A DNA stretch of 64,000 nucleotides from Escherichia phage PSD2001. Made by a program: the position numbers and the translations under genes. How positions within the stretch are numbered: the stretch's first letter is position 1; every line of letters starts with the position of its first letter. The stretch is from sequence record OK254198.1; one strand, 5' to 3'. The notes below the pieces were generated by a model that was not told the origin of the DNA, did no database searches, and worked only from the letters and a program-made list of their open reading frames with translations. Shown piece after piece: positions 48,943 through 58,721 of the stretch.

Positions 48943-50922
48943 ATGGCTTTATTATCTCCGGGCATTGAGCTCAAAGAAACAACGGTCCAAAGCACTGTTG
49001 TTCGTAACGCGACGGGTCGTGCGGCGCTGGTTGGTAAATTCCAGTGGGGCCCAGCTTTCCAGGTAACTCAGATTACAAACGAAGTTGAACTTGTTGATTT
49101 GTTTGGTGGCCCGAATAATGAAACAGCAGATTACTTTATGAGTGGGATGAACTTCCTGCAATATGGTAATGACCTCCGTACTGTACGTGTTGTTAACCGT
49201 GACGAAGCTAAAAACGCATCCCCTATTGCTGGCAATATTGAAACTACCATCGTAACTGCTGGTACAAACTATGCTGTCGGTGATGTTATTCAGGTTAAAC
49301 ACAACCAGACTGTTGTTGAACCGGCTGGCCGTGTGACCAAGGTCGACGTTGATGGTAAAATTCAGGCAATCTTTATTCCTACCGATAAGATTATTGCATT
49401 TGCCAAAACTATTAACCAGTATCCTAATTTAGGTAGTGCATGGACCGCAGAAGTTACGACCACTTCTTCCGGTGTATCTGGTACCATCACTGTCGGAAAA
49501 ATTGTTACTGATTCTGGCATTCTGTTGACTGAAGCAGAAAACAGTGAAGAAGCAATTACTTCTCTGGAATTCCAGGCATCATTGGCAAAATATGCAATGC
49601 CAGGTGTTGTTGCTCTTTATCCTGGTGAAATTGGTTCGACTCTTGAAGTTGAAATCGTATCCAAAGCTGAATTTGAAAAAGGCGCAACTGCAAATCTGGA
49701 TATTTTCCCCGGTGGTGGTTCCCGTGCTTCTATAGCTCGTGCAGTGTTTAACTATGGTCCTCAGACCGAAAACCAATATGCAATTATCGTTCGCCGCGAT
49801 GGTGCAATCGTCGAAAACGTTGTTTTGTCTACCAAGCAGGGCGAAAAAGATGTTTATGGTAATAACATTTACCTGGATGACTACTTTGCAAAAGGTACTT
49901 CCAACTACATCTATGCAACATCTCGCAACTGGCCTGTAGGCTTCAGTGGTATCATCAATCTGTCTGGTGGTATTTCTGCAAACGATAAGATTACCGCTGG
50001 TGATTTGATGCAAGGTTGGGACCTGTTCGCTGACCGTGAAGCTCTGCATATCAACCTGCTTATCGCTGGTGCAGTAGCTGGTGAAGGCGATGCGACCGCT
50101 TCCACTGTTCAGAAGCACGTAGTTTCTATCGCTGATGAACGTCAGGATTGCCTGGCATTTATCTCTCCACCGAAAGGTCTGTTGGTTAACGTTCCTCTGA
50201 CCCGTGCAGTGGATAACCTGATTGACTGGCGTACAGGTGCTGGTGCATTTGATACTGATAATATGAATATCAGCACGACTTATGCAGCAATTGATGGCAA
50301 CTATAAATATCAGTATGATAAATATAACGACGTTAACCGTTGGGTTCCTCTGGCAGCTGATATGGCTGGGCTGTGTGCTCGTACTGATGATGTTTCTCAG
50401 CCTTGGATGTCTCCGGCCGGCTATAACCGTGGTCAGATTCTGAACGTTCTGAAATTGGCTGTTGAACCACGTCAGACCCAGCGTGACCGCATGTATCAGG
50501 AAGCTATCAACCCGGTTGTTGGTTTCGCAGGTGGTGATGGTTTTGTTCTGTATGGTGATAAGACTGCAACTAAAGTTCCATCTCCGATGGACCATATCAA
50601 CGTTCGCCGTCTTACGAATATGCTGAAGAAAAATATCGGTGACGCATCCAAATATAAACTGTTTGAGCTTAACGATAACTTCACTCGTGCATCATTCCGT
50701 ATGGAAACTTCTCAATACTTGGATGGTATTCGTGCGCTCGGTGGCATTTATGAAGGTCGTGTGGTTTGTGATACTACTAACAACACCCCGTCGGTCATAG
50801 ACCGAAATGAGTTTGTTGCGAGCATTTATTTCAAACCTGCACGCAGCATCAACTACATCACGCTTAATTTCGTAGCAACAAGCACCGGTGCTAATTTCGA
50901 TGAGCTGATTGGGCCACAATAA
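48943..50922 (+). CDS. 18: Tail sheath protein gp18
   Basis: 659 aa (T4 gp18 659 aa); order. Confidence 0.95.
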   Translation: MALLSPGIELKETTVQSTVVRNATGRAALVGKFQWGPAFQVTQITNEVELVDLFGGPNNETADYFMSGMNFLQYGNDLRTVRVVNRDEAKNASPIAGNIETTIVTAGTNYAVGDVIQVKHNQTVVEPAGRVTKVDVDGKIQAIFIPTDKIIAFAKTINQYPNLGSAWTAEVTTTSSGVSGTITVGKIVTDSGILLTEAENSEEAITSLEFQASLAKYAMPGVVALYPGEIGSTLEVEIVSKAEFEKGATANLDIFPGGGSRASIARAVFNYGPQTENQYAIIVRRDGAIVENVVLSTKQGEKDVYGNNIYLDDYFAKGTSNYIYATSRNWPVGFSGIINLSGGISANDKITAGDLMQGWDLFADREALHINLLIAGAVAGEGDATASTVQKHVVSIADERQDCLAFISPPKGLLVNVPLTRAVDNLIDWRTGAGAFDTDNMNISTTYAAIDGNYKYQYDKYNDVNRWVPLAADMAGLCARTDDVSQPWMSPAGYNRGQILNVLKLAVEPRQTQRDRMYQEAINPVVGFAGGDGFVLYGDKTATKVPSPMDHINVRRLTNMLKKNIGDASKYKLFELNDNFTRASFRMETSQYLDGIRALGGIYEGRVVCDTTNNTPSVIDRNEFVASIYFKPARSINYITLNFVATSTGANFDELIGPQ

Positions 50923-50975
50923 TTATCATCGCTTAGAATTAATCAGTTAGAAACCGTAGAACCATTATACAGTGT

Positions 50976-50983
50976 TATAAATA
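50976..50983 (+). promoter_or_regulatory. Late promoter TATAAATA (distal, gene 19)
   Basis: Exact consensus in 18-19 intergenic region. Confidence 0.55.
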
Positions 50984-51062
50984 AAAGCATAATCGGTTCT
51001 ACGGACTCCTGTGATTGATTCTGGGAAGCCATTATCTTGAGATGATGAATCATATTACCTAG

Positions 51063-51070
51063 TATAAATA
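51063..51070 (+). promoter_or_regulatory. Late promoter TATAAATA (proximal, gene 19)
   Basis: Exact consensus ~50 nt upstream of gene 19 ATG. Confidence 0.6.
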
Positions 51071-51122
51071 CATGCATCAGGGACGCGTTCACGCGACCTG
51101 TGTCTATAAAGAGGATTCCTTA

Positions 51123-51614
51123 ATGGAGTTGACCGATATCACACGTGCTTTCGAATCCGGCGACTTTGCTCGCCCTAACCTGTTCGAAGTCGAAATCCCA
51201 TTCCTGGGTAAAAACTTTGCTTTCCATTGTAAAGCAGCCCCGATGCCTGCTGGCATTGTAGAAAAAGTTCCTGTCGGTTACATGAACCGTAAAATCAACG
51301 TTGCGGGCGACCGTACATTTGATGACTGGACTATTACGATTTATAACGACGATGCTCATAAAGTTCGTCAAGCAATTGTTGATTGGCAAAATCTGTGTCA
51401 CGGTATGACTAACGAAATCACCGGTGCAGCTCCTGCTGATTATAAGAAAACTGCTACTGTCCGCCAGTTCCATCGTGATGGCAAGACCGTTACGAAAGAA
51501 GTTGTTATTACCGGCATGTGGCCAACCAACGTTGGGGAAGTCCAGATGGATTGGGACAGTAATAATGAGATTGAGACGTTCGAAGCGACGTTCGCAATTG
51601 ACTGGTGGGAATAA
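51123..51614 (+). CDS. 19: Tail tube protein gp19
   Basis: 163 aa from 'MELTDITRAFESGDFARPNLFEVEI' (T4 gp19 163 aa); ORF-track N-extension rejected. Confidence 0.93.
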   Translation: MELTDITRAFESGDFARPNLFEVEIPFLGKNFAFHCKAAPMPAGIVEKVPVGYMNRKINVAGDRTFDDWTITIYNDDAHKVRQAIVDWQNLCHGMTNEITGAAPADYKKTATVRQFHRDGKTVTKEVVITGMWPTNVGEVQMDWDSNNEIETFEATFAIDWWE

Positions 51615-51615
51615 G

Positions 51616-51623
51616 TATAAATA
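51616..51623 (+). promoter_or_regulatory. Late promoter TATAAATA (gene 20)
   Basis: Exact consensus; followed by GAGGCTTCGGCCTC hairpin. Confidence 0.6.
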
Positions 51624-51671
51624 AAGTTATTATGAGGCTTCGGCCTCATTTCCCAAACTTCGGAGACTCTA

Positions 51672-53246
51672 ATGGCAGGTTTTAACACAATACTAAATTT
51701 TCTTAAGCCTTGGGCTAAAGAAGATGAACAAGAATATAAGCAACAAGAAAAAAATAATTTAGAGTCAATGACCGGGCCGAAGTTTGATGATGGGGCTCGC
51801 GAAATTGAGTCACAAGAACAAAACGTCCCGTATAATGCATTGATGCAACAGATGTTCGGGAGCAATGAACCTGAAGTAAAAAATACCAGGGAATTAATTG
51901 ACACTTACCGCAACCTACTAAATAATTATGAAGTTGATAACGCGGTGCAAGAAATTGTGTCTGATGCTATCGTTTTTGAAGACGGTAAAGATGTTGTAGC
52001 TCTTAACCTTGATGCTACCGAATTTAGTCAGAAAATTAAAGACCGAATCCTCGAAGAATTCGCGGAAGTTAATAACCTCCTTAATTTCGAGCGTAAAGGT
52101 TCTGACCACTTTAAACGTTGGTATGTGGATTCTCGAATTTTCTTCCACAAAATTATCAACCCATCAAAACTTAAAGATGGAGTTCAAGAACTTCGTCGCC
52201 TTGACCCAAGACAAATCCAGTTCATCCGTGAAATCGTTACACGCATGGAAAATGGTACAAAAATTGTCGATGGTTACAGAGAATATTTTGTATACGATAC
52301 GGGCCATGAAAGTTATTGTGCCGATGGTCGTATATATGAAGCAGGTACTAAAATAAAAATTCCTCGTGCGGCAATTGTATATGCGCATTCTGGATTACTT
52401 GATTGCTGCGGCAAGAATATCATCGGATACTTGCAACGAGCAATTAAACCTGCAAACCAATTAAAACTATTAGAAGATGCTTTAGTCATTTATCGTATAA
52501 CTCGTGCTCCAGACCGCCGAGTCTTTTATATCGATACCGGGAATATGCCGTCTCGTAAAGCAGCAGCACACATGCAACATATTATGAACACGATGAAAAA
52601 CCGTGTCGTATATGATGCAACTACGGGTAAAATCAAAAACCAACAGCACAACATGTCAATGACAGAAGACTATTGGTTGCAACGTCGTGATGGTAAAGCA
52701 GTCACTGAAGTTGATACCCTCCCGGGTGCACAAGGCATGTCGGATATGGACGATGTTCGCTGGTTTAAGAACAACCTATATCAGGCTCTCCGAATTCCAT
52801 TATCTCGTATCCCTAATGACCAAAACAGTGGCGTTATGTTTGATGCGGGCGCGACAATTACTCGCGATGAATTGAATTTCTCTAAATGGATTCGACAGCT
52901 ACAGAATAAATTTGAAGAAGTTTTCCTCGACCCGCTTAAAACCAACCTTATCCTGAAAAAAATTATTTCAGAAGAGGAATGGGAAAAGGAACTAAATAAT
53001 ATTAAAGTTACGTTCAACCGTGATAGCTATTTCACCGAAATGAAAGATGCAGAAATCATGGAACGCAGAATCAATATGCTAACGATGGCTGAACCGTTTA
53101 TCGGTAAATATATTTCGCATCAAACGGCTATGAAGGATTTCCTCCAGATGTCTGATGAAGAAATTAATCAAGAAGCTAAGCAAATTGAATTGGAGTCCAA
53201 AGAGGCTCGTTTCCAAAACCCTGAAGAAGAAGAAGAGGATTTCTAA
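51672..53246 (+). CDS. 20: Portal protein gp20
   Basis: 524 aa (T4 gp20 524 aa); order. Confidence 0.95.
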   Translation: MAGFNTILNFLKPWAKEDEQEYKQQEKNNLESMTGPKFDDGAREIESQEQNVPYNALMQQMFGSNEPEVKNTRELIDTYRNLLNNYEVDNAVQEIVSDAIVFEDGKDVVALNLDATEFSQKIKDRILEEFAEVNNLLNFERKGSDHFKRWYVDSRIFFHKIINPSKLKDGVQELRRLDPRQIQFIREIVTRMENGTKIVDGYREYFVYDTGHESYCADGRIYEAGTKIKIPRAAIVYAHSGLLDCCGKNIIGYLQRAIKPANQLKLLEDALVIYRITRAPDRRVFYIDTGNMPSRKAAAHMQHIMNTMKNRVVYDATTGKIKNQQHNMSMTEDYWLQRRDGKAVTEVDTLPGAQGMSDMDDVRWFKNNLYQALRIPLSRIPNDQNSGVMFDAGATITRDELNFSKWIRQLQNKFEEVFLDPLKTNLILKKIISEEEWEKELNNIKVTFNRDSYFTEMKDAEIMERRINMLTMAEPFIGKYISHQTAMKDFLQMSDEEINQEAKQIELESKEARFQNPEEEEEDF

Positions 53247-53500
53247 TGGATGATTTATTTGAAGCCATTAAATCAAACGACCTCGTAGCCGTTCGCAAAT
53301 ATTTTGCTGAAAACATTGGCCCAGTATGCGGTAGTTTGATTGAAGAACGTAAGATTGAAATTGCACGTTCCATCATGATTGAAGGCGAAGAGCCTAAAGA
53401 TGATGAAGATGAAGACGACGGTAAAGCAGAAAAGAAAGACAAAAAAGAATCTGATGACGCTGACGAAGGCGACGATGATGAAGATGAGGACGATGAATAA
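53246..53500 (+). CDS. 67: Prohead core protein gp67
   Basis: 84 aa with poly-acidic C-tail; order. Confidence 0.85.
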   Translation: MDDLFEAIKSNDLVAVRKYFAENIGPVCGSLIEERKIEIARSIMIEGEEPKDDEDEDDGKAEKKDKKESDDADEGDDDEDEDDE

Positions 53501-53928
53501 TGTTTATTATCCCTGATGATTACGAATTAACTCTTGAAAACATCGAAAGTGTTTCCGAAGAAGCTCAGGGACAATTTGATTCATTATCTGAAGCCTTAGA
53601 AAAAGACGATATAAATATTATTGTAGAAAACATGTTTGCAGCCGGTGAATACGAAAAAGCAACGGTTATCGGCGCTCTGAATGAAGGTGTTCAGCTTAAC
53701 GAATTTATCGTTAAACATGTATCGTCTCGCGGTGAGTTAACCCGCACAAAAGACCGAGCTACTCGTAAGCGTAATGCTTTCCAAACAACTGGTCTTTCTA
53801 AAGCTAAACGTCGTCAAATTGCCCGTCTGGCTACTAAAACGAAAAGAGCAAACCCATCTACGCAAATTAGAGCAGAGCGCAAGCGCAAAAAAGCTCGAGC
53901 TAAGCGTAAAGCATTCGGACTTGATTAA
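53500..53928 (+). CDS. 68: Prohead core protein gp68
   Basis: 142 aa, basic C-terminus; order. Confidence 0.85.
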   Translation: MFIIPDDYELTLENIESVSEEAQGQFDSLSEALEKDDINIIVENMFAAGEYEKATVIGALNEGVQLNEFIVKHVSSRGELTRTKDRATRKRNAFQTTGLSKAKRRQIARLATKTKRANPSTQIRAERKRKKARAKRKAFGLD

Positions 53929-54566
53929 TGGAACAGAAACCAGAGTTACTAATCGAACACTGGGGTCAACCGGGCGAAATTAAAGATGGTGTACCGATGT
54001 TGGAATCTCATGATGGTTCCAGCAGCGGTTTAAAGCCAGGACTTTATATTGAAGGTATTTTCCTACAAGCTGAAGTTGTTAACCGTAATAAACGACTTTA
54101 TCCTAAACATATTTTGGAAAAAGCTGTTGCGGACTATATCGCCGAACAGGTTGAAACCAAGCAGTCTCTTGGAGAATTAAACCATCCACCTCGTGCAAAC
54201 GTTGACCCTATGCAGGCGGCAATTATTATCGAGGAAATGTGGTGGAAAGGGAATGATGTATATGGCCGCGCGCGTATTATCGAAGGCGACCATGGCCCAG
54301 GTGATAAACTTGCTGCGAATATAAGAGCAGGTTGGATTCCTGGCGTATCTAGTCGTGGACTTGGTTCCCTGACTAAATCAGCAAAAGGTTATAGCATCGT
54401 TAATGAAGGTTTTAAATTGACGGTTGGAGTAGACGCAGTATGGGGGCCAAGTGCTCCGGACGCTTGGGTCAAACCAAAGCAGATTACAGAATCACAAACG
54501 GCTGTTGCCGATACCAGTGCCGATGACGCCTTTATGGCTCTCGCAGAGGCTTTAAAGACGTTATAA
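53928..54566 (+). CDS. 21: Prohead core protease gp21
   Basis: 212 aa (T4 gp21 212 aa); order. Confidence 0.92.
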   Translation: MEQKPELLIEHWGQPGEIKDGVPMLESHDGSSSGLKPGLYIEGIFLQAEVVNRNKRLYPKHILEKAVADYIAEQVETKQSLGELNHPPRANVDPMQAAIIIEEMWWKGNDVYGRARIIEGDHGPGDKLAANIRAGWIPGVSSRGLGSLTKSAKGYSIVNEGFKLTVGVDAVWGPSAPDAWVKPKQITESQTAVADTSADDAFMALAEALKTL

Positions 54567-54569
54567 ATA
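54562..54569 (+). promoter_or_regulatory. Late promoter TATAAATA (gene 22)
   Basis: Exact consensus 30 nt upstream of ATG. Confidence 0.65.
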
Positions 54570-54598
54570 AATGTATATCTTAACAACAGGACTACAAA

Positions 54599-55417
54599 AT
54601 GCTTAAAGAACAACTCATTTCTGAAGCTCAGAATATCGATGCTTCCGTTGCTCTCGATAGTATTTTCGAATCAGTTAATTTGTCCCCGGAAGCGAAAGCT
54701 ACCTTCGGCACTGTATTCGAAGCTACCGTCAAGCAACACGCCATCAAACTGGCAGAATCTCACATTCACGCCATCGCTGAAAAAGCTGAAGAAGAAGTCG
54801 AAAAGAATAAAGAAGAATCCGACGAAAAAGCAGAGAAAAAACTGAAAGAATCTGCAGCTAAATTCCTGGACCACGTTGCTAAAGAATGGCTCGCTGAAAA
54901 TAAACTGGCTGTCGACCGCGGCATTAAAGCTGACCTGTTCGAATCCATGTTCACCGGCATGAAAGAACTGTTCGTTGAGCACAACGTTGTTGTTCCAGAA
55001 GAATCTGTCGATGTTGTTGCAGAAATGCAGGAAGAACTGGCTGAACAGAAAGAAGAAACCGCTAATCTGTTCGAAGAAGTTGCTAAGCGTGATGCTTATA
55101 TCAATTATGTCCAACGTGAAGTTGCGTTGACTGAAGCGACTAAAGACCTGACTGAATCCCAAAAAGAAAAAGTTGGTTCTCTGGTAGAAGGCATGGAATA
55201 CTCTGATGCATTCGGTACCAAAATTGGCGCTATCGTTGAAATGGTTAAAGGTCAGGTAGAACCCACCAACAAACCAATCACCGAAGCCGCTATAAATAAA
55301 AATGTAGACGATGCTGCGGCACTGAATTACATTTCAGAAGCAGTTGAAGAAAAAGGCGCCAAGCCTACCCTGTCCTTCGCGGACTTGTCTGCTCTCGCAG
55401 CATCACGAATTTCTTAA
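54599..55417 (+). CDS. 22: Prohead core scaffold protein gp22
   Basis: 272 aa, highly acidic coiled-coil; order. Confidence 0.92.
   Translation: MLKEQLISEAQNIDASVALDSIFESVNLSPEAKATFGTVFEATVKQHAIKLAESHIHAIAEKAEEEVEKNKEESDEKAEKKLKESAAKFLDHVAKEWLAENKLAVDRGIKADLFESMFTGMKELFVEHNVVVPEESVDVVAEMQEELAEQKEETANLFEEVAKRDAYINYVQREVALTEATKDLTESQKEKVGSLVEGMEYSDAFGTKIGAIVEMVKGQVEPTNKPITEAAINKNVDDAAALNYISEAVEEKGAKPTLSFADLSALAASRIS
55291..55298 (+). promoter_or_regulatory. Late promoter TATAAATA inside gene 22 (gene 23)
   Basis: Exact consensus ~140 nt upstream of gene 23 ATG. Confidence 0.55.
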
Positions 55418-55438
55418 TTTAATAAGGTTATACAACAC

Positions 55439-56998
55439 ATGAAAAAGAATGCATTAGTTCAAAAATGGTCCGCTCTGTTGGAAAACGAAGCTCTTCCGGA
55501 AATCGTTGGTGCTTCTAAACAAGCTATCATCGCTAAAATCTTTGAAAACCAGGAACAAGATATTCTGACCGCTCCTGAATACCGTGACGAAAAAATCTCC
55601 GAGGCATTTGGTTCTTTCCTGACCGAAGCTGAAATCGGTGGTGACCATGGTTATGATGCTACCAATATTGCTGCTGGCCAGACCTCTGGTGCAGTAACTC
55701 AGATTGGGCCGGCAGTTATGGGCATGGTTCGTCGTGCTATCCCGCATCTGATTGCGTTTGATATTTGCGGCGTACAGCCTCTGAACAACCCGACTGGCCA
55801 GGTATTTGCACTGCGTGCAGTATACGGTAAAGACCCTGTCGCTGCTGGTGCTAAAGAAGCTTTCCATCCGATGTATGCTCCGAACGCTATGTTCTCTGGT
55901 CAGGGCGCTGCTAAGACTTTTGAAGCACTGGCTGCAAGCAAAGTTCTGGAAGTTGGTAAAATTTATTCTCACTTCTTCGAAGCAACTGGTTCCGCGCACT
56001 TCCAGGCTGTTGAAGCTGTAACCGTTGATGCTGCTGCTACTGATGCTGCTAAACTTGACGCTGAAGTTACCAAACTGCTCGAAGCTGGTAAGCTGGCTGA
56101 ATTGGCTGAAGGTATGGCTACCTCCATCGCCGAACTGCAAGAAGGTTTTAACGGTTCCTCTGATAACCCGTGGAACGAAATGGGCTTCCGCATCGACAAA
56201 CAAGTTATCGAAGCTAAATCCCGTCAGCTGAAAGCAAGCTACTCCATCGAACTGGCACAGGACCTCCGCGCTGTTCATGGTATGGATGCTGATGCCGAAT
56301 TGAGTGGTATTCTGGCTACCGAAATTATGCTGGAAATCAACCGCGAAGTTATCGATTGGATTAACTACTCCGCACAGGTTGGTAAATCTGGTATGACCAA
56401 CACCGTTGGCGCTAAAGCTGGTGTGTTTGACTTCCAGGACCCGATTGATATCCGTGGTGCTCGTTGGGCTGGTGAAAGCTTCAAAGCTTTACTGTTCCAG
56501 ATTGATAAAGAAGCCGCTGAAATCGCTCGTCAGACCGGTCGTGGTGCAGGTAACTTCATCATCGCTTCCCGTAACGTAGTTAACGTGCTGGCTGCTGTTG
56601 ATACTTCTGTTAGTTATGCTGCTCAGGGTCTGGGTAAAGGTTTCAACGTTGACACCACTAAAGCTGTGTTCGCTGGTGTTCTGGGTGGCAAATACCGTGT
56701 CTATATCGACCAGTATGCTCGTGCAGATTACTTCACCATCGGTTACAAAGGCGCTAACGAAATGGATGCTGGTATCTACTACGCACCATATGTTGCACTG
56801 ACCCCGCTGCGTGGTTCTGACCCGAAAAACTTCCAGCCGGTTATGGGCTTCAAAACCCGTTACGGTATCGGTATCAACCCGTTTGCTGACCCTGCTGCTC
56901 AGGCTCCGACCAAGCGCATTCAGAACGGCATGCCGGACATCGTTAACAGCCTTGGCTTGAACGGTTACTTCCGCCGCGTATATGTTAAAGGAATTTAA
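55439..56998 (+). CDS. 23: Major capsid protein gp23
   Basis: 519 aa; long identical stretches to T4 gp23 (e.g. 'AIIAKIFENQE', 'GYDATNIAAGQTSGAVTQIGPAVMGMVRRAIP'). Confidence 0.97.
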   Translation: MKKNALVQKWSALLENEALPEIVGASKQAIIAKIFENQEQDILTAPEYRDEKISEAFGSFLTEAEIGGDHGYDATNIAAGQTSGAVTQIGPAVMGMVRRAIPHLIAFDICGVQPLNNPTGQVFALRAVYGKDPVAAGAKEAFHPMYAPNAMFSGQGAAKTFEALAASKVLEVGKIYSHFFEATGSAHFQAVEAVTVDAAATDAAKLDAEVTKLLEAGKLAELAEGMATSIAELQEGFNGSSDNPWNEMGFRIDKQVIEAKSRQLKASYSIELAQDLRAVHGMDADAELSGILATEIMLEINREVIDWINYSAQVGKSGMTNTVGAKAGVFDFQDPIDIRGARWAGESFKALLFQIDKEAAEIARQTGRGAGNFIIASRNVVNVLAAVDTSVSYAAQGLGKGFNVDTTKAVFAGVLGGKYRVYIDQYARADYFTIGYKGANEMDAGIYYAPYVALTPLRGSDPKNFQPVMGFKTRYGIGINPFADPAAQAPTKRIQNGMPDIVNSLGLNGYFRRVYVKGI

Positions 56999-57020
56999 TC
57001 CTAGATTAAGTTAAATAAAA

Positions 57021-57049
57021 AGGGACCCTTGAGGTCCCTTTCTTGTTTT
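57021..57049. terminator. Bidirectional intrinsic terminator between gene 23 and the minus-strand small gene
   Basis: AGGGACC-CTTGA-GGTCCCT hairpin flanked by A-run and T-run. Confidence 0.8.
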
Positions 57050-57330
57050 CATACCATACCATTTAAATGAACTTCTACCCGGCGCTTGATGAGGTCTCTG
57101 AAGTTAACATTGTTTTCTTGAAGTTTCAACCAGTTACCATTTTTATCTTTAGTGTGAGTAGAATAATTACCATTCCACCAGAAATCAGTGTCATATGCTA
57201 AGTTTTCATATTTTTTAACTAATTTGTTCAGAGCATTACCATTAACACCATTTGGGTATTTGTTGACCAATGCAATAACTTCAATTTCCAATTTTTTAAA
57301 GGTGTTCAGAAGGAAAGTTGATTTGTTCAT
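57049..57330 (-). CDS. Hypothetical early protein inserted between genes 23 and 24
   Basis: 93 aa ORF; PeSS upstream, terminator downstream; T4 has segD here. Confidence 0.55.
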   Translation of the reverse strand: MNKSTFLLNTFKKLEIEVIALVNKYPNGVNGNALNKLVKKYENLAYDTDFWWNGNYSTHTKDKNGNWLKLQENNVNFRDLIKRRVEVHLNGMV

Positions 57331-57336
57331 TTTAAA

Positions 57337-57390
57337 CTCCAGGTTTTGTTTGTTAACTCAGTATGGAATCATTATGTCTTATCTTAATCT
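57337..57390 (-). promoter_or_regulatory. PeSS-like early promoter (-35 GTTTACA, -10 CATAAT, TCCATACTGAGTTAAC arm)
   Basis: GTTTACA-17nt-CATAAT-GATTCCATACTGAG. Confidence 0.6.
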
Positions 57391-57396
57391 GGTTGT

Positions 57397-57404
57397 AAAC
57401 AACT
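57397..57404 (+). promoter_or_regulatory. Late promoter TATAAATA (gene 24)
   Basis: Exact consensus 37 nt upstream of ATG. Confidence 0.7.
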
Positions 57405-57440
57405 TTTATAAATAAAGTATATCACAAAAGGAAAGCGCAA

Positions 57441-58721
57441 ATGGCAAAGATTAACAAATTACTGCGCGAGTCAACTACCACTACCAGCAACTCCTTGGGC
57501 CGCCCGAATCTTGTTGCTTTGACCCGCGCTACAACCAAATTGATTTACCGCGATATTATCGCTGAACAACGTACGAACCAGCCAGTTGCGGCTCTGTACG
57601 GTGTTAAATATCTTACTCCTGATAATGAATTCAGTTTCCAAACTGGTGCCGTTTATGGTGGTGAAGTTGGTTCTAAAGACCGTGAAACTATCCCGGAATT
57701 TACAACCCCAACTCAAGCCGTAGCTAAAGGTGGATACATTAAATTCCAGAATATCGTTTATAAAGCTCTGGTTGATAATCCATTTGCATCGACTACCGAA
57801 ACTGTATTATCCGATGTTCTGCAAGAAGGTCTTATTGCATTAACTATTCGTTTGGTTCCTGATGCGGCGCACACCGAGAAATTTGAAGCCGGGGATGTTG
57901 AGATTAGTAATGCTGTATTCCAGGTCAACAAATGGAATGCTCCGGTTAAAACACGTAAATTGAAAACTGCATTAACTGTTGAGCTTGCTCAGGATATGGA
58001 AGCAAATGGGTTTAATGCTCCTGCTTTCCTGGAAGACTTGCTTGCCACTATTATGGCAGATGAAATTAACAAAGATGTTCTTCAGTCTCTTATTACCGTT
58101 TCCAAGCGTTATAAAGTAACTGGTGTTTCTGACAATGGCGTCATCGATTTAACATATGATGCAGCTCCAGAAGGCGCACGTAAACTGTACGAACTAGTTT
58201 GTGAAATGAACTCCGAGATTCAGAAAACTACATCTTATTCCGGTACCTTTGTTGTTGCCTCTAGCCGTGTTGCTGCTATGTTGGCTGGCTCTGGCTGGCT
58301 GAAACATAAACCAGAAGATGAACAATGGCTTCCTGAAACAGCGTACGGTTATTTGATTAATGGCCTCCCTGTATTCTGTGATGTTAACAGTCCATTAGAT
58401 TATGTAACCGTTGGCGTTAAAGAAAATTACGGCGGAAACGAAGTCGTAGGCTCAATCTTCTATGCTCCTTATACCGAAGGTCTGGACTTAGATGATGAAG
58501 AGCATGTAGGCGCGTTTAAGGTCATTGTGGACCCTGACAGTTTGCAACCAGCTATCTCTTTGATGGTTCGTTATGCACTTTCAGCTAACCCGTACACCGT
58601 TGCTAAAGACGATAAAGAAGCTCGTATTATCGACGCAACCAATATGGATTTAATGGCCGGTCAGAGCAATATGTCTTATCTGCTCGGTGTTAAACTTCCG
58701 CCAATCATTTATGAGGCGTAA
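57441..58721 (+). CDS. 24: Capsid vertex protein gp24
   Basis: 426 aa; 'MAKINKLLRESTTTTSNSLGRPNLVALTRATTKLIY' matches T4 gp24; gp23-like fold. Confidence 0.95.
   Translation: MAKINKLLRESTTTTSNSLGRPNLVALTRATTKLIYRDIIAEQRTNQPVAALYGVKYLTPDNEFSFQTGAVYGGEVGSKDRETIPEFTTPTQAVAKGGYIKFQNIVYKALVDNPFASTTETVLSDVLQEGLIALTIRLVPDAAHTEKFEAGDVEISNAVFQVNKWNAPVKTRKLKTALTVELAQDMEANGFNAPAFLEDLLATIMADEINKDVLQSLITVSKRYKVTGVSDNGVIDLTYDAAPEGARKLYELVCEMNSEIQKTTSYSGTFVVASSRVAAMLAGSGWLKHKPEDEQWLPETAYGYLINGLPVFCDVNSPLDYVTVGVKENYGGNEVVGSIFYAPYTEGLDLDDEEHVGAFKVIVDPDSLQPAISLMVRYALSANPYTVAKDDKEARIIDATNMDLMAGQSNMSYLLGVKLPPIIYEA

Noticed and set aside
49579-50595. 338-aa minus-strand ORF inside gene 18 (and similar antisense ORFs 54671..55162 in gene 22, 55454..56278 in gene 23, 32047..32523 in gene 6, 26222..26794 opposite the GIY-YIG gene, 15017..15487 opposite the acidic paralogs)
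   Set aside because: Antisense to strongly conserved structural or clearly coding genes, no promoter or RBS context, low-complexity translations; treated as frame artefacts.
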